A stretch of DNA of 64,000 nucleotides, from the NCBI GenBank assembly GCA_951406725.2, contig OX597815.1, positions 144,274,001 to 144,338,000 of the forward strand. The letters are read 5' to 3'. Position numbers and translations under genes: made by a program. The notes beneath the pieces were generated by a model. That model was not told the origin of the DNA and searched no databases. It worked only from the letters and a program-made list of their open reading frames with translations. Shown here piece by piece: positions 1 to 14,820 of this stretch (the stretch's first letter is position 1; every line of letters begins with the position of its first letter). The stretch is from Octopus vulgaris (taxonomy: Eukaryota).

Positions 1-1514
1 GTAGTGGGGTAGCATCATAGCCACATGTTGAGAGGAATTCTTTTGGAGTTTGAATAATTCATCTCTGGAAACATGGGTGTTTCGTTCAACATCCTTAAAC
101 AATCCTTATTCAGGGAGCTTTTGAGTGGGATGGGCCACTTGACCTGAGGGAAATTCTAACTGGGCCCCACCTGCAAGGTCATGATCTGTTTATCTTGATA
201 TGAGATCACCATGTTGCATGTATTTGATTGTGATGCATGTACCTGGTGTACCCTTATGTGACGGATAGTCATGATGGCCATATTGGGCTTTGTATATTTA
301 AGTCATTTTGATGGCATGCACTTCTCTCACTCAATAATAATAATGGTTTAAAATTTTGGCACAAGGCCAGAAAGTTTGGGGGAGTGAATAAGTCGATTAC
401 ATCGACACCAGTGCTCAACTGGTACTTATTTTAGTAACACCAAAACTGAATTTCAACTCAGAACGCAAAGACATATGAAATGCCACTAAGCATTTTGCCC
501 CATGTGATAATGACTCAGCCAGCTTACCACCTTAATAATGATAATAATAACTCTTTTTACTTTAGGCACAAGGTCTGAAATTTTGGGCAGGGTAGTACTC
601 AAGTGCTTAACAAGGTATTTAATTAATCAACCCCAAAATGATGAAAGGCAAATTCAACCGTTGCAGAATTTGAACTCAGAACATAAAGACAAAATGCCAC
701 TAAGCATTCTGTCCAACATGTTACCAATTCTGCCACCTCACCAATAATAATAATAATAATAATAATAATAGTTTCTAATTTAGGCATAAAGCCAGCAAAT
801 TTTGAGGGGAAGGGCATTAATCGGTTACATGAACCTCAGTACTTAACTGGTATTTTATTTCATAGACCTAAGAAAGATGAAAGACAAAGTTGACCTCAGA
901 ACATAAAGAATCAGAAATGTAATAATAATGATCACCGATGTAAATGAAGTGAAGTAATTTCTGTTGAGAATTGAAACTGTGACACCAAATTTGGCTCTCT
1001 GAGAACTTAGCACTCACTACAGCATCTGCATAATGACAATGATAAGGATCGTGATCATGATATTGATAATGGTGGTGGAAGTGCTGTTGGTAATGGTAGG
1101 TCATCTGAACAGGTGAAGAGCCAATTTTACAATGGGAACAAGTACAGGGAATTAAATCCGCCTTAACAATGACTGTGGTATGTATTTTGTGAATCTAGAG
1201 GGATGAAAACATGAAGGTGATGCTGCCAGGATTTGCTCTCAAGAATCAGAGACCATTAACTGGATACTGTAGAACATCTTGTCTAATGCTATGTCATCGA
1301 CGACCATTTGCTTGCTACTCGGCTACAGACTTACTAAGGCTAAGCTAGGCTAGACCTTGAGGCCAATTTTGAAACATCTCACCCAGTCGGTCTGCACATC
1401 TCGCTGTTACACCCTACCCTCTCCCACTCCACCCACCCCCATCAACACAACCAACATAACCATCCCGTAGCCCCTAGAGCCCAACAAACACCCACTCGTC
1501 CATTGCTGTGGTTC

Positions 1515-1696
1515 TCATTCATAAAGATGTTGATAAAGCTCTTGTCCAAGTCGGATATAATTCTCTTTCTCTTCAGCTGTCATCTGGGTCACCATGTTGT
1601 CGGTAACTTCATGTAGAGGAACACGTATGTCTCCGATGCAAACCATGGGCACCTCCTCTTCTTCCTCCTCCTCTCCACTGTCCATCTCCTCTACAC
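1515..1696 (-). CDS. GTF2E1: GTF2E1 terminal coding exon (acidic C-terminal domain)
   Basis: Acceptor tttttttgtcttatattgtag at 1697; phase 1 matches the previous exon (G|GT). Reads GVEEMDSGEEEEEEEVPMVCIGDIRVPLHEV...QMTAEEKENYIRLGQELYQHLYE*, matching the TFIIE alpha C-terminus. Total CDS is 647+205+199+182=1233 nt (410 aa plus stop). Confidence 0.93.
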
Positions 1697-3899
1697 CTAC
1701 AATATAAGACAAAAAAAATTACTCAATAAAAACATTTCAGATTCAATACCAAAAATAACAAAGAAAATTTTTTTATTCATACACAGGCACAGGCATGACT
1801 GTGTGGTAAGAAGCTTGCTTATCAACCACATAGTTCCAGGTTCAGTCCCACTGCGTGGCACCTTGGGCAAGTGTCTTCTACTATAACCTTGGACCAACTA
1901 AAGCCTTGAGTGAATTTGGTAGATGGAAACTAAAAGAAGCCTTTCTTATATATATCTATGTGTGTGTCTTTGTGTCTGTGTTTGCACCACCCCCACTGCT
2001 TGACAACTAGTGTTGGTGTGTTTGAATCCCTGTAATTTAGCAGTTCAGCAAAAATGAGTGATAGAATAAGTAGGAGGCTTAACAAAAAAAAAGCACTGGG
2101 GTCAATTCATTCACTGGACTAAAAAAATTCAAGGCAGTGCCCCAGCATGGCCAAAGTCTAATGAGTGAAACAAGTAAAAGATTAAAGACAAAAAATAAAT
2201 AAATAATTTTTTTTAAAAATAAGATTATGTAATTTCCAAGCTTTACTCAAAGACATTAGAAGCATATCAGATGATTTGGTTCCTGCTAAGATCTGAACTC
2301 AGGTCAAGCACCTTGCTATACTGCAAACATCACAAAATCAAATTAAAATAAGAGGAAGAATGTTTACAAAATATATTCATAGGGTCAATATATGATCCCA
2401 ATCAATAATGGATTTGCATTATATTTCTTTTATCTTACTAATTATATCTTAGATGCATTTAATAATAGCATTTTTAATTATTAGTTTCATTTGTAATTAC
2501 TACTGACATTTATATTTTATGTCACCAACACTTTTCCTTTTTTTAGTGGCAATAAACAGGAGAGAAACTACAATACCAGATGTAAGATATAGGTTATTTA
2601 ATTTGGTTAGCTCAAACCAAACTGATTAAAACTAGGAAGTGTCCATATGTGCATTAGCACCGGTTTTGTCAATCAATCAACCATTTGTTTTGTAAAATGG
2701 TTGACTGATGAAACAGATGTTACTGTATATATGGAAAACTCGAATTTCAATTGGGTTGATTTCAGTTAATCAAATTAACTTCATATAAATGGATCAGAGA
2801 TGAAAGACATACTGGAAGAAGAGGAGACAGACACTGAAATAGCTACAAAACTGGCAATAGGTCCAGAGATGTATTAATTAATACATATGACACGACAGGG
2901 GAAGAGATAGAAAAGCATAACATAGAGAACACAGGGGAAGTTCACACAGGACAACATACTGAGAGAGACAAACAAGATCTGTAGCTGGTACAAGGTCTCA
3001 GTATTAAAAAAGAAAAAGAAAAAAGGGGGATGACATGGTGGTGGAATAGTTATGTAGATACAGCCATAAAAACTAAGAGATGGGCCTGGGAACACTGGAA
3101 GAAAAGAGTCAGCAAATAGTAAAATCAAGTAGCATGAAGAGAAACCCAAAGTAAGGAGTTTATTCTTATTCTTTTACTTGTTTCAGTCATTTGACAGTGC
3201 TATGCTGGAGCACTGCCTTTAGTCGAACAAATCAACCCCAGGGCTTCTTCTTTGTAAGCCTAGTACTTATTCTATCGGTCTCTTTTGCCAAACCACTAAG
3301 TTACGAGAACATAAACACACCAACATCGGCTGTCACACATATATATATGACACATATATATACATGTATGTATATATATATATGTATGTATGTATACGAT
3401 ATGAGCTTCTTTCAGTTCCCATCAACCAAATCCACTCACAAGGCTTTGGTCAGCCCAAGGCGAAAGGAGAAGATACTTGCCCAAAGTGCCACACAGTGGG
3501 ACTGAACCCAAAACCATGTGGTAGGGAAGCAAGTTTGTTACTACACAGCCATGCCTGCACCTAGTTTTCTATTTTATGAAGATCAGAGGCACAAGATATT
3601 GAGAATTGAACCCAGGATCATGTGGTTGGTAAGCAAGCCACTTACTACACAGCCACTCCTGCACCTATATATATATTGGTGCTCCGGCATGGCTAGAAAA
3701 AGTATAAAAAATATACAACATCCAAGTGTGTGGTCATGTTAAATGTGTAATACATACAACATGTCTATGTATACACACATACGCTTACTGCAATGTAAAT
3801 ACTCACACATGAACACAGATATACACATATAGGTACAAACACACACTACAGTCTATACACATACACACACAGACATGTATTGGTACAAAATGCATATTG

Positions 3900-4285
3900 T
3901 AATATAGACACACACACACACATACAATGGCACCAAACACACTCTACAGTATACAGACACACACACAAGGTACCAAACACACACACACACACACACACAA
4001 ATACAATAGCATCAAACACACTCTACAGTATACAGACACACACACAAACACAAGGTACCAAACATACACATACACACATATAAATGGCACCAAACACACA
4101 CACACACACATATAAATGGTACCAAACACTCTATAATATACAGACACACACACACACAAACACAAGATACCAAACACACACACACATATAAATGGTACCA
4201 AACATACTCTATAATATACAGACACACACACACACAAACACAAGATACCAAACACACACACATACTACAGTACACACTCACACAT
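3900..4285. repeat. Compound CA-rich minisatellite (about 70-100 bp units)
   Basis: Recurrent 'aaatggtaccaaacactctacagtatacagacacaca...caagataccaaacaca' units. Confidence 0.85.
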
Positions 4286-4969
4286 GTATATACATCTTAA
4301 ACCCAACACACACATAACAAAAAAAAGGATTGAGTCGGCCAATAACAAATTGTTCCATCGTCATCATCACCGTAACCACCATCATCATAATCACCACTAT
4401 CATCATCATCTTAATCAACCTATAAAGCCATGACCATCACTACTATTGTTGTCAATTGCTAATGACCATCACCAACACCATCATAAATCCTTACAGCTAT
4501 GACTACCATCATCATCATCGTCATCATCTTCGTCTTCATCCCCCTACAGGCATGCCCACCACCAACCACATAATCACCACTACCACATCAACCACAGCCG
4601 CCACATCAATAACCACAACCACCACATACCTGTCCATCAAATTACACAGACGGTTACATACGAAGGATCAAAGGATGGAAGAAAGTGAAGGGGAAGTAGG
4701 TTCACCCACACCACCACCACCACACACACACACACACATGCATACTGTCAAAACAGATTACAAAGCTGAACCCCTTTTTTAAGGTCCACTGGACCAGAAC
4801 AGCAGTGGTGATGGTGGGGGGGGGGATGAGGTGAGGGTGAGGGAGTAATGCGGGCAGAAACAGACACATCATTGTGTTTTAGCAGTTTTGATGTGGATTG
4901 CATATGTTCAATGTTGTGCTTCATTGGCTGAAGATTCTACCACACACACACACACACCACATGCATGCA

Positions 4970-5007
<38 letters not shown>

Positions 5008-7671
5008 CATTATGGTGGAAGTGCATAGAGTCTAATACATATTAGTTTATGTGAGATAAACAGGGACAGCATACCCTCCTGAGCCATGGTTTTGTTCCAT
5101 CAGCTATCAGGGTGACTGTATATGTCAGTAGGTTAGAAAAGAAAAGAATTTAATGTCTCTGGTTGGTGGAGACGGTCAGCAATTGTTCCTCGTTGCATTG
5201 GTCAGGCAAGGGATGGGAGTCGATCCTGATTGAAATTCCCCAATATTTCAATGAGGACCTATCACACCCATCCCTTATCCATAACAGATAGTAGCCTATG
5301 TCTACACCAATTTACACAGCCTAGAGTCATTTAGTTCTTTTCTTTGGGTGCATGGATGGAGAGATGTAGATACATCTATACGGTATGTTGCATACATACA
5401 TAGACATACATATATATGTTGGTTTCCAATTTTGGCACAAGACCAGTAGTTTCGGGGGGAAGGGCCAAGTCTAGTAAAACATCCCCAGTGCTCAACTGAT
5501 ATTTATTTTATCGACCCTGAAGGGATGAAAGGCAAAGTTAACCTTGGTGGAATTTGAACTCAGAACACAGAGATGGATGAACTGCTGCTAAGCATCTTGC
5601 CTGGCGTGCTAAAGATTCTGCCAGCTTGCTACCTTGACACGCATATATATTGACTGATGGTGTACACACACACATGCAGAGTTATATATAAATATGGGTT
5701 ATCTCCATCATACACCCAAAAAACTTGGTTCTGGAGCAATCACTGCTCTTACCGCCACTACCTCTACCTGCACTGTCAAATTTCAAGAATACTGAAACTG
5801 GGCAAAATCATAAAAATTCCAGAGATAAACCAAAACCAAAGTGAAGCATAGACCCATCACTCACCTATGCACACCCACTTTGGTATCACTAACCCACATA
5901 GGGTCCCTCGACAAATCATCACACAGATTGGAACACTATGATCAATTCCCATGCTATGCACAAACCTAACAGAGAGATGGCTTCCACAACGAAATACCAT
6001 GACAACCATTAACATCAGCAAAGTTTTTTGAGTCTATTCCCCATTATCCACTCATGCAAAATATTCAGCACAACATAGTAGGTAGAGGGACTCCGAAAGG
6101 GGTCTCAGGGAGTAGCATCCCTGCCTTCCTGAGTTAGTTTTCCAACACATTTAAAAATCATGGTAGAGGCCTTGGTCTCAGAACCACACATGTCTAGAAA
6201 CTGAGGTGGGGGATAAGCAAGGGCATACTCCCCATAGAAAATCCAGCTCCAAAAAAAAAGCCTCATGATAGCAAAGGAGAATGGGCACCAGCCAGCCCAA
6301 AGGTTAGGGTGGGCTGCACCTGCCTACTTTGGTTGCTGTGGCATTGAGGTAGATCCGGCCACCCCTGTTAACAGGGACAAAACCTGGATTTAAAACACTG
6401 GATGATGATGATGATGATGAACATAAATGATTGCTACGAAGCTATGTATCAGACATTAATAGAATGAAATGATTGGGTATGTCTATTTAGGCACTAGCAA
6501 TATGGAATGGCCAACTGGACAGTGGAATTGTTTTGGGGACAGTGCTTTTTGGCACTGGAGGCAGATACACACATACACACACATGCACATATGTGAAGAA
6601 ATATACACATACAGGTAGACAGATGAAAAGCCAGAAACAAACATTACTATTTGATAATTGAAACTGATCAGCAGAAACACTTTCACTAGCTGTCATATAT
6701 ATAAAGTGAAAGAGCAAGTTAAACAAAGTTTAGTTGTTAAGTTATTTAGTAGTTGGACAAGTTAGTTGTCATCTAAAACAAAAACAAAATTTTCATGGTG
6801 CCAAAGCAACCTGGAGACTAAGCATCTGATGTCCAATAGGTCAGCATTGCATCAGCTATACAAAATGGTCAGAACCAAAACAGCTACGCAAAAGCATCCC
6901 GTATTCCAGACATTAAGTCATTGTAGGGTACAAGGATCACGCTGCTAGAACTTGCAAATTCTTTAATGGTGTATCATAGGTCTCCATCTTCTCGCCAACA
7001 TTTTTAAACCAATATCTACATGACTTTCCACACTTCATCATCATCATCATCAACAGCATCAACATCTAACGTCAGTTTTTCCATGTTGGCATGAGTTGGA
7101 TGGCTTCACAGAAACTGGCAAGACCATGGGCCATGCCAAGTTCCACAGTCTGTTTTGGCATGATTTCTACGGCTGGATGTCCTTCCTAACACCAACCACT
7201 GTAGAGAGTGTACTGACAGCTTTTTACGTGGAACCAGCACCCACCTCACAACAAATATACAACCTAGTACACAGATGACATCACTTTCATATCTGCTCTA
7301 CTTATACATACAACTACTCGAACCCTATACAGATCACTGATAAACCTGCTTCTAAAAGAACAGACTTAAAGCAGCACCTACCAAATCAAATCTTTCCTCT
7401 TACCAAACAATACCGGAGGATATCAAATACAACCAACCATTACACTCAAACACTTGAATGTACTACATGCAGAGAAAATAAAAATAGGTGTTACTCTTTT
7501 ACTTATTTCACTTATTTGACTGTGGCCATACTGGAGCACCACCTTTAGTCGAGCAAATTCTTTGTAAGCCTAGTACGTATTCTATCGGTCTCTTTTGCCA
7601 AACTACTAAATTACAGGGATGTAAACACACCACCAATGTTGGGGGGTGCATACACAGACACATAAACATAT

Positions 7672-7732
<61 letters not shown>

Positions 7733-10700
7733 GGGCTTCTTTCAGTTTCCATCTACCAAATCTACTCACAAGGCTTTGGTCAGCCAGAGGCTATATAAAA
7801 AGACACTTGGCCAAGATTCCACGCAGTGGGACTGAACCCAGAACCATGTGGCAGGTAAGCAAGCTACTTACTACACATGCAAGTCCTTCACAATGTCCAC
7901 AGCGAAGAAAAGGAAATTATGCAAAAACATACTCATAGCAATCACAACAACTACATTTGCTCAATAGAAAGATACAATAGCAGTGGTGTCTATGTTTCAC
8001 TTGTTCCAGTCATTGGACAGCAGCCATGCTGGGGCACCACCTTGGAGAGTTTTAGCTGAACTAATCATCCCCAGTACCATTTTTTGTTAATTCTGCTACT
8101 TATTCTATTTATCTCTTTTGCTGAACCACCAAGTTACTGGGATGGAAGGAAAGCAACAGCAGTTGTTAAGTGGTGGTGGGGTGATGGTGGTGGGAGTCAA
8201 ACACAGACATAAAGACACACACACATGCAAATATATATATGTGGTGGGCTTCCACACAGTTTCTATCTTCCAAAGTCACTCACAAGGTACTGATTGACCT
8301 AGGGGCTACATTGGAAGACACTTGCCCAAGGTGCTATGCAATGGGACTGAACCTGAAACCACAGGATTGTAAAGTAATCTTCTTAACCACACAGCCATGC
8401 TGGCAAACCAATATTTCTGATGCATCAGGGGTTGTACCAGCCCTTACATGGGCCACCAATCTAACCATAACAAAAACAAACCAAAATATACTTAAAAAAA
8501 AAGAAAATACAACATAACTCAGTTCACAGTATATTAGCTTGTACACAGACCACACCCTCATACCATCTCAAGTAGGGAACAAAAGTACTACAACTGAAAG
8601 AGCATCTGGATATGAGGACACGGATGGTTGCTGCAGTAAGCTTCAATGAACACAATCATGCCCCCACCCAGCACTACTACTACTACTACTATTTCACATA
8701 AAAACCACATGCACATAGAAATAGCAGCAGCAACATCAATGGCCTCACTTCCCTCTCCAACCTTACACACACAGTCCCAGGATGCACACTATCAGCATTA
8801 TGTGCAGAGAAACAGCAACTGTTGTACTCTGCCCATGTCCACCTTGCCTATCTGTGTTGTGGGTGACCTGAGGGCAATATGTGCAAACCATCACACTGTA
8901 TGCCATACAATTCATCACCACATGCTAGAGTGTGCAGTACTGTTATCAACTGGACCAGTGATTCTCAACCATTTTTTATCTATGGCGCCCTTTGATTCCT
9001 ATTTTACTCTACTGGACCCACATACCCATTCATCATCATCATCATCAAACGTCTGTTTTCCATGCTGGCATGGGTTAGATTGTTTGACTGGAACTAGTAA
9101 GCTGGAGAGCTACACAAGATTCCAGTCTGAACTTGGCTGGGTTATTATATGGCTGAATGCCCTTCCTAACCCTAACCAACCATCCCAAGAGTGTAGTGGA
9201 TGCCTTTTATGTGTCACCAACATGGGTGCTTTTACATGTCGCCAGCACAAGTGCTTTTATGTATCACTGACACAGAAGCCATTACATGTCATCAGCACTG
9301 GCCACAACTACAATTTCAATCATCATTATTCAACGTCCACTTTCTGTGCTGGTATGGGTTGGACAGTTTGACTGAGGACTGGTAAGCCAGGAGGCTACAC
9401 CAGGCTCCAATCCGATCTGGCAAGGCTTTTACAGCTGGATGCCCTTCCTAATGCTAAGCACTCTGAGAGTGTAGTGGGTGTTTTTTACATGCCACCAGCA
9501 CAGGGGCCAGTCAGCAGCACTGGCATCGAACATGCTCAAATGGTGCTTTTTATGTGCTACTGATATGGGAGCCAGTCATGTTATAAAATAATCCCTTTAT
9601 AGTTTTATAATTAAATATCATTAAGAATTGTATAAAAAATTGTTAAAATATTTCGTGAACTGTCGAAATATAACACGCATATAAACTTAAACAATAAAAT
9701 TTATATGGAGCCCCTAGGGTCATGTGGACCCCAGTTGAGAACCTCTGAGCTAGACAGAGACATGGCATATATAGGAAGATGGATATGAGGATTATGCCTT
9801 ATGGTTTAGTCACAATGTACCATAGGACAGTTTGATCTGAAATAACCTGAGGCACAGCAGCATCAGCAGCAACAACAACTTGAGCCCCCTAGGACTTCAA
9901 GTCACCCAATTGACAAAAGTTTCACTAGTTCTATATCATCTCATGAAAGGTTTCTCTTTGACTCCCTCCAGTTCTCCTAGGCATGTCGGTCTACATCCCT
10001 CACACAGCCAAAACCCATAATCAGGAAATACTTCAATCTTGATCACCTGCTGACCATTTAAAAAAGATTGAGATATACAATGAAGGCTAATAGGTGCAAA
10101 CATTGCTGTGTGGTTGAGATGCTTGCTTCCCAGCCATATGGTCTTTGGTTCAGTCCCACTGTGTAGCATCTTGGGCAAGAGCCTTCTGCTATAGCCCTAG
10201 GACAACCAAACTGTTATGAGTGGATGGACAGACAGAAACTAAAAGAAGCCCATTGTGTTTGTGTGTGTGTCCTCGTCTAGACTTCACATGTTGGTTGTAA
10301 ATGAGCATCCCCATCATACAAATGAGATTGTTCATTTCCAGTCTGCCATAAAAGGGCAATGTCTAGCCATGGGAAATATTATCTTGCTTGGAAACAGGTG
10401 AGGATTTGGTGACATAGAAAATCTGCCTCAACAAATTTCTGTCGAACTTATGGAAAGTAGTTGTTACATGACAGTGAATGAATGAAGTACTAGCCACAAA
10501 TAGCAGATGGTGCTGTTGTTAGACACATGAAAATCCTGGAATACAAGACCACCTGATTGATTACCAAAGATTCACTCACCAACATGCTGCAATTTCAGCA
10601 TGAGCCAATAGGGAAGCTTCTATGGGGTCAGTCACATAGCTAGAAGTAGTAACAGAGTATCCCTCTATTAAATTTCACCCTACCATCTTAAAAAAAAAGG

Positions 10701-11934
10701 AACACAGAGGAGAGCATTGTCTTTTGTGCAGTATGCTTGAAATAATATCAATTTCAAATTTTGGCTCAAAGCCAGCAATTTCAGAGGAGGTGGGGGCAAG
10801 TCAATTACATCAACCCCAGCGCAAAGTTGATCTCAGCAGAATTTGAACTCAGAACATGAAGACCGGCAAAGTGCTACTGAGCATTTTGCTCAGCATGCTA
10901 ACAATTCTGCCAGTTTAATGTTTGAAGTAATATCTTAATAGCCTTATTTCATCTGTCTTTATGTTCTGAGTTCAAATTCCGCTGAGGTCAACTTTGCCTT
11001 TCATCCTTTTGAGGTCAATAAATCAAGTACCAATTGCGTACCAGGGCCAATCTAATCGACTGACCCCCTCCCCCAAAATTTTGGGCCTTGTACCTAGAGT
11101 AGAAAAGAATATTCTGCAATAACCTTAATGTTTGAAGTAAGATCAAGACAGTTATAGCTGGGTTAAATATTATTGCATAATGGTACACAAATATGCTGTG
11201 TCTTCTCTTGGCCTTTTCTACTGCTACAAAGGTATCTGTTCCTCTCAACTAGGCAACTGTACATCTCTACCTCCTCCTGTCACTCTTCTCTCTCTCTTTT
11301 CTTGTCACCTTTCCACTTCCCCTTCCCTTCCTCTTCCTGTCACTGCTTCTTGTGTATTTCCTTCTCCTCCTCTCCCTCCTCTTCTTGTCACTTCTGTATC
11401 TCCTCCTTCAAGCCTACACTAAGAATTACCCCCTCCTCCAATCCTTGGCTCACATCACTACATCACCTCATCACCACACTATCCACCAACACATCTCACC
11501 TCACCTCACAACAGCAGACATCACATCTTACAACCAGGCCACACAACACAACACAACACAACACAACAAACCAATGAAAGAAAAAAAGCACTACAGGGTT
11601 ACTCGAATGGCTAGAAACAGCAACCGAACTGCCCTTAAATTACATAAACTATACAAGTACACTTTGGAAAATGTGGTACTGGGTTCTTTACACATGGGGA
11701 AAAAGACAAGATGGTCACCATTGGAATGTCTTTGATCACAGGTCTGCTCAATCAATATTGAACTGGGATTAAACAACAAGTACACTTCATCACGCCCCCA
11801 CCCCACCCCCAAAGCACTGCTAATATGCAGTACAAGCAACATGCCTCACCTCTCCACCCCTACCAATTAGCAAAACAAATACATAAGACAGTGGTGATGA
11901 TGATGAGGGGGGGGGGTGACAGTAGTAACTAACA

Positions 11935-12205
11935 GTGGCTGTGATGGGGAAGGTGGTGGCTGTGATGGTGAAGATGGTGATGGTGGTTGTGATGGTGAAG
12001 GTGGTGGTGGTGGTTGTGATGGTGAAGGTGGTGGTGGTGGTTGTGATGGTGAAGGTGGTGGTGGTGGTTGTGATGGTGAAGGTGGTGGTGGTGGTTGTGA
12101 TGGTGAAGATGGTGGTGGTGGTGGTTGTGATGGTGAAGGTGGTGGTGGTGGTTGTGGTGGTGAAGGTGGTTGTGATGGTGAAGGTGGTGGTGGTGGTGGT
12201 GGTAA
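11935..12205. repeat. 27-bp GGT-rich minisatellite (TGTGATGGTGAAGGTGGTGGTGGTGGT)n
   Basis: About 10 visible tandem units. It produces the spurious Pro/Gly/Val-rich ORFs. Confidence 0.9.
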
Positions 12206-12807
12206 TGGGTGTGTCCTAACTAATTGCTGGTCTTTTTGAAATGAACGCAACATTTAGGTACAATTGGTGCATTTACAGGGAGCAGGGGGGGAGAAGGAAG
12301 TGGGATTACACTGAACATCATTACCTCCCACCACATCTTTCTGTTATTATGGAGTGTGTGTGTGTGTGTGTAACTGACTGCGTATGTTTGTATGTATGAG
12401 AGAAACTAACTTTATGCATGTGGATGTGTGTGTGTGTGTATGATGGACTGTTCATATATGTATTTGTACGTGTGACTGTCTGTTTGTATTTGTGTGACTC
12501 ATTGTGTGCGTGTGTGTGACTATGTATGCTTGTAAGTCCATGTGACTGGTTATATGCGTGTGTGTCTATGTCTGTGATTAAACTGTACGTCTGTACTTCT
12601 CAGTGTGTATGTGTGTCTGTGTATGTGTGAATGTATGTGCATGTGTGTCTGTATGTGTGTGACTGATTATATGTGTGAATGTGTGTGTGTTTGTAAGGTA
12701 GAATATGTGTATATAGAATCTATGTCAACCTGTATATGTTTAATTAACACAAAGAGTGGGTGTGGCAGTGCCCATAATCCTTGCAGTGTGTGTGAGTGTG
12801 TGTGTGT

Positions 12808-12844
<37 letters not shown>

Positions 12845-13949
12845 TGTGTGTGTGTGTGTATGTGTGTGTGTGTGTGTGTGAGTGGGTGCGTGTTTGTAGG
12901 AGGGAGTGGGGGAGTGAATTCTAACTAGTGAGGTTGACATATTTGATGTTCAGCCAATGTTTGATGTTTGTGGGGAAATATAGACAAGGAAGGATTAAAG
13001 AGGGACGCAATCAGTAAAGATTGGATAGGTATGTAGAACAGTATTGGTGGGGAGGGAGGGCGAGATGCAGTAGGGCTGACTGCAGGAGAAGGTGGTGGGT
13101 GGTTAGGTACTTCAAAAGAACAGAGGATGTTGTAGCAGTTGAAGAAAAGACAGCCGAGGGAGCAGTGCAGGTATTAGGGTCTGTAATAACAGCAGAACCG
13201 TCTCATACATGTGAGCAACACTCCAATGTAGGCCTTGAATTTTGTAGTGTTCATATTAGATCTGAGGCATGGCTGTGCGGTTGAAAAGTTTGTTTCCCAA
13301 CTATGAGGTTTCAAGTTCAGTCCCACAGCATGGTACCTCAGGCAAGTGTCTTCTGCAACAGTGTCAGACTGACCAAAAGTCTTGTGAGTGGACATGATAG
13401 ACAAAAACCTACTTGCCTGGCCATGAGGAAATATTGTCTTGCTTGGAAACTGGTAAGAGTTGATGACAGAAAGGGCATTTAGCTGTAGAAAATCAGCCTC
13501 AGTAAATTCTGTCTGACTCATACAAGCACAGAAAAGTGGACATAAAAATTATAATGACACCAATGGCCACCACTGCCACCACCATGACTGCCCTCACCAT
13601 CATCATCTAAAAAATAAAAAAACTTGGTTTTCAGGGTGTGGTCTTTTGCAACTGAATTTTTTTTTCCTTTTACTTTATTGTGTCTGGGGAGAGTCATTCC
13701 GTTTTAACGCCTCGTTAATTAACACACCCACCAGTTAGATTTTCACTCATTCACTTATTTATTTTCTCTAAAATTTCTGTTGCTTCTTTTAAACTCTTGA
13801 ACAGTCGTTGACTCTGTCCATTATCAGAGCTGCGTTCTTTTTGTTTGTTTGTGCGCATGTGTGTGCGTCAATGTGCATGTGTATACACATATGTATGTAT
13901 GTACGTATGTGTATCTATGAGTATGTGTGTGCGTGTGTGTGTGTGTGTG

Positions 13950-13979
<30 letters not shown>

Positions 13980-13984
<5 letters not shown>

Positions 13985-14820
13985 TACATATGTGGGAAAT
14001 TCTGTTTGTGGGTGTGTTTGTGGAGTGGTTAGGTAACTCCTACATCGTTTTATCGATTTTTATGAAACTTGGCATGTGAGTAGAAACTCATGTCTGGAAA
14101 CCTCATGTTGAAAAAAAATCGATAATAGGGTTATATATAAGGATCCTGGAAGGGATCCTTATATATAGCCAAGGGAAATAACATTCACTTTCCTAAATAA
14201 TTTAGTAAAAATGAAATTGAGTATGCTTATTTCTTAGTATTTGAACTGTTAGAGTTATTTTCATAATTTACCCAGTACAACACTTAAACAAGTAAATAGT
14301 ATTTTCCTAAACAATAGATCCACTTATTTTGGTTAGTGACTTATTCACGAATATATCAACATTAGCGCCTCTGAGGGTAATATTCTCTGGGAACGCAGAG
14401 TTATTTTCTTTTCAGAGTTATTTACTTTAATTGTTATTATCTCATACCTGATTAGCCTCTTATTATGTAACATACTTCACACTTTTAGTATATATACCTT
14501 ATTAGTATTTCCTATGTTCTATATACTCTGGGAATACATTAAAGCCCTTTTCGGGGCTACTTTATTTGAATTCTTACTATCAGGTAACTAATTTCATGTT
14601 ATTACATAACTGACTTCACAATTTGGGTATTCAAAACCTATTGGAAATTTCTAAAAACAAGATCCTGTGTAAGACAGTTCGGTAATCTCCGTAAATGCAC
14701 AAAAACCATTTAAAGGGCTACATATTTTGTTTTGTCATTATTGGATTAGCAAAACAATTATGAGAACGGAACCAAGGGATATTCCCCGCTTTCCTGGGAA
14801 TTACCAGGTACATCAGCTAG
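13980..14820 (+). mobile_element. Non-autonomous Helitron
   Basis: 3' end CTAG at 14817-14820 followed by T. Hairpin CCTGG-GAATTA-CCAGG lies 12 nt upstream. A 5' 'cgatttttatgaaacttggcatg' motif is common to Helitron/Helentron derivatives. The 5' end is buried in (TA)n. Confidence 0.7.

Noticed and set aside
8646-9371. 241-aa ORF, the longest plus-strand ORF
   Set aside because: Runs through a (CTA)n tract, a MITE-like end and family C SINE sequence. No recognisable domain.
11867-12253. Pro-rich extensin/formin-like ORF
   Set aside because: Translation of a 27-bp minisatellite that is open in several frames on both strands.
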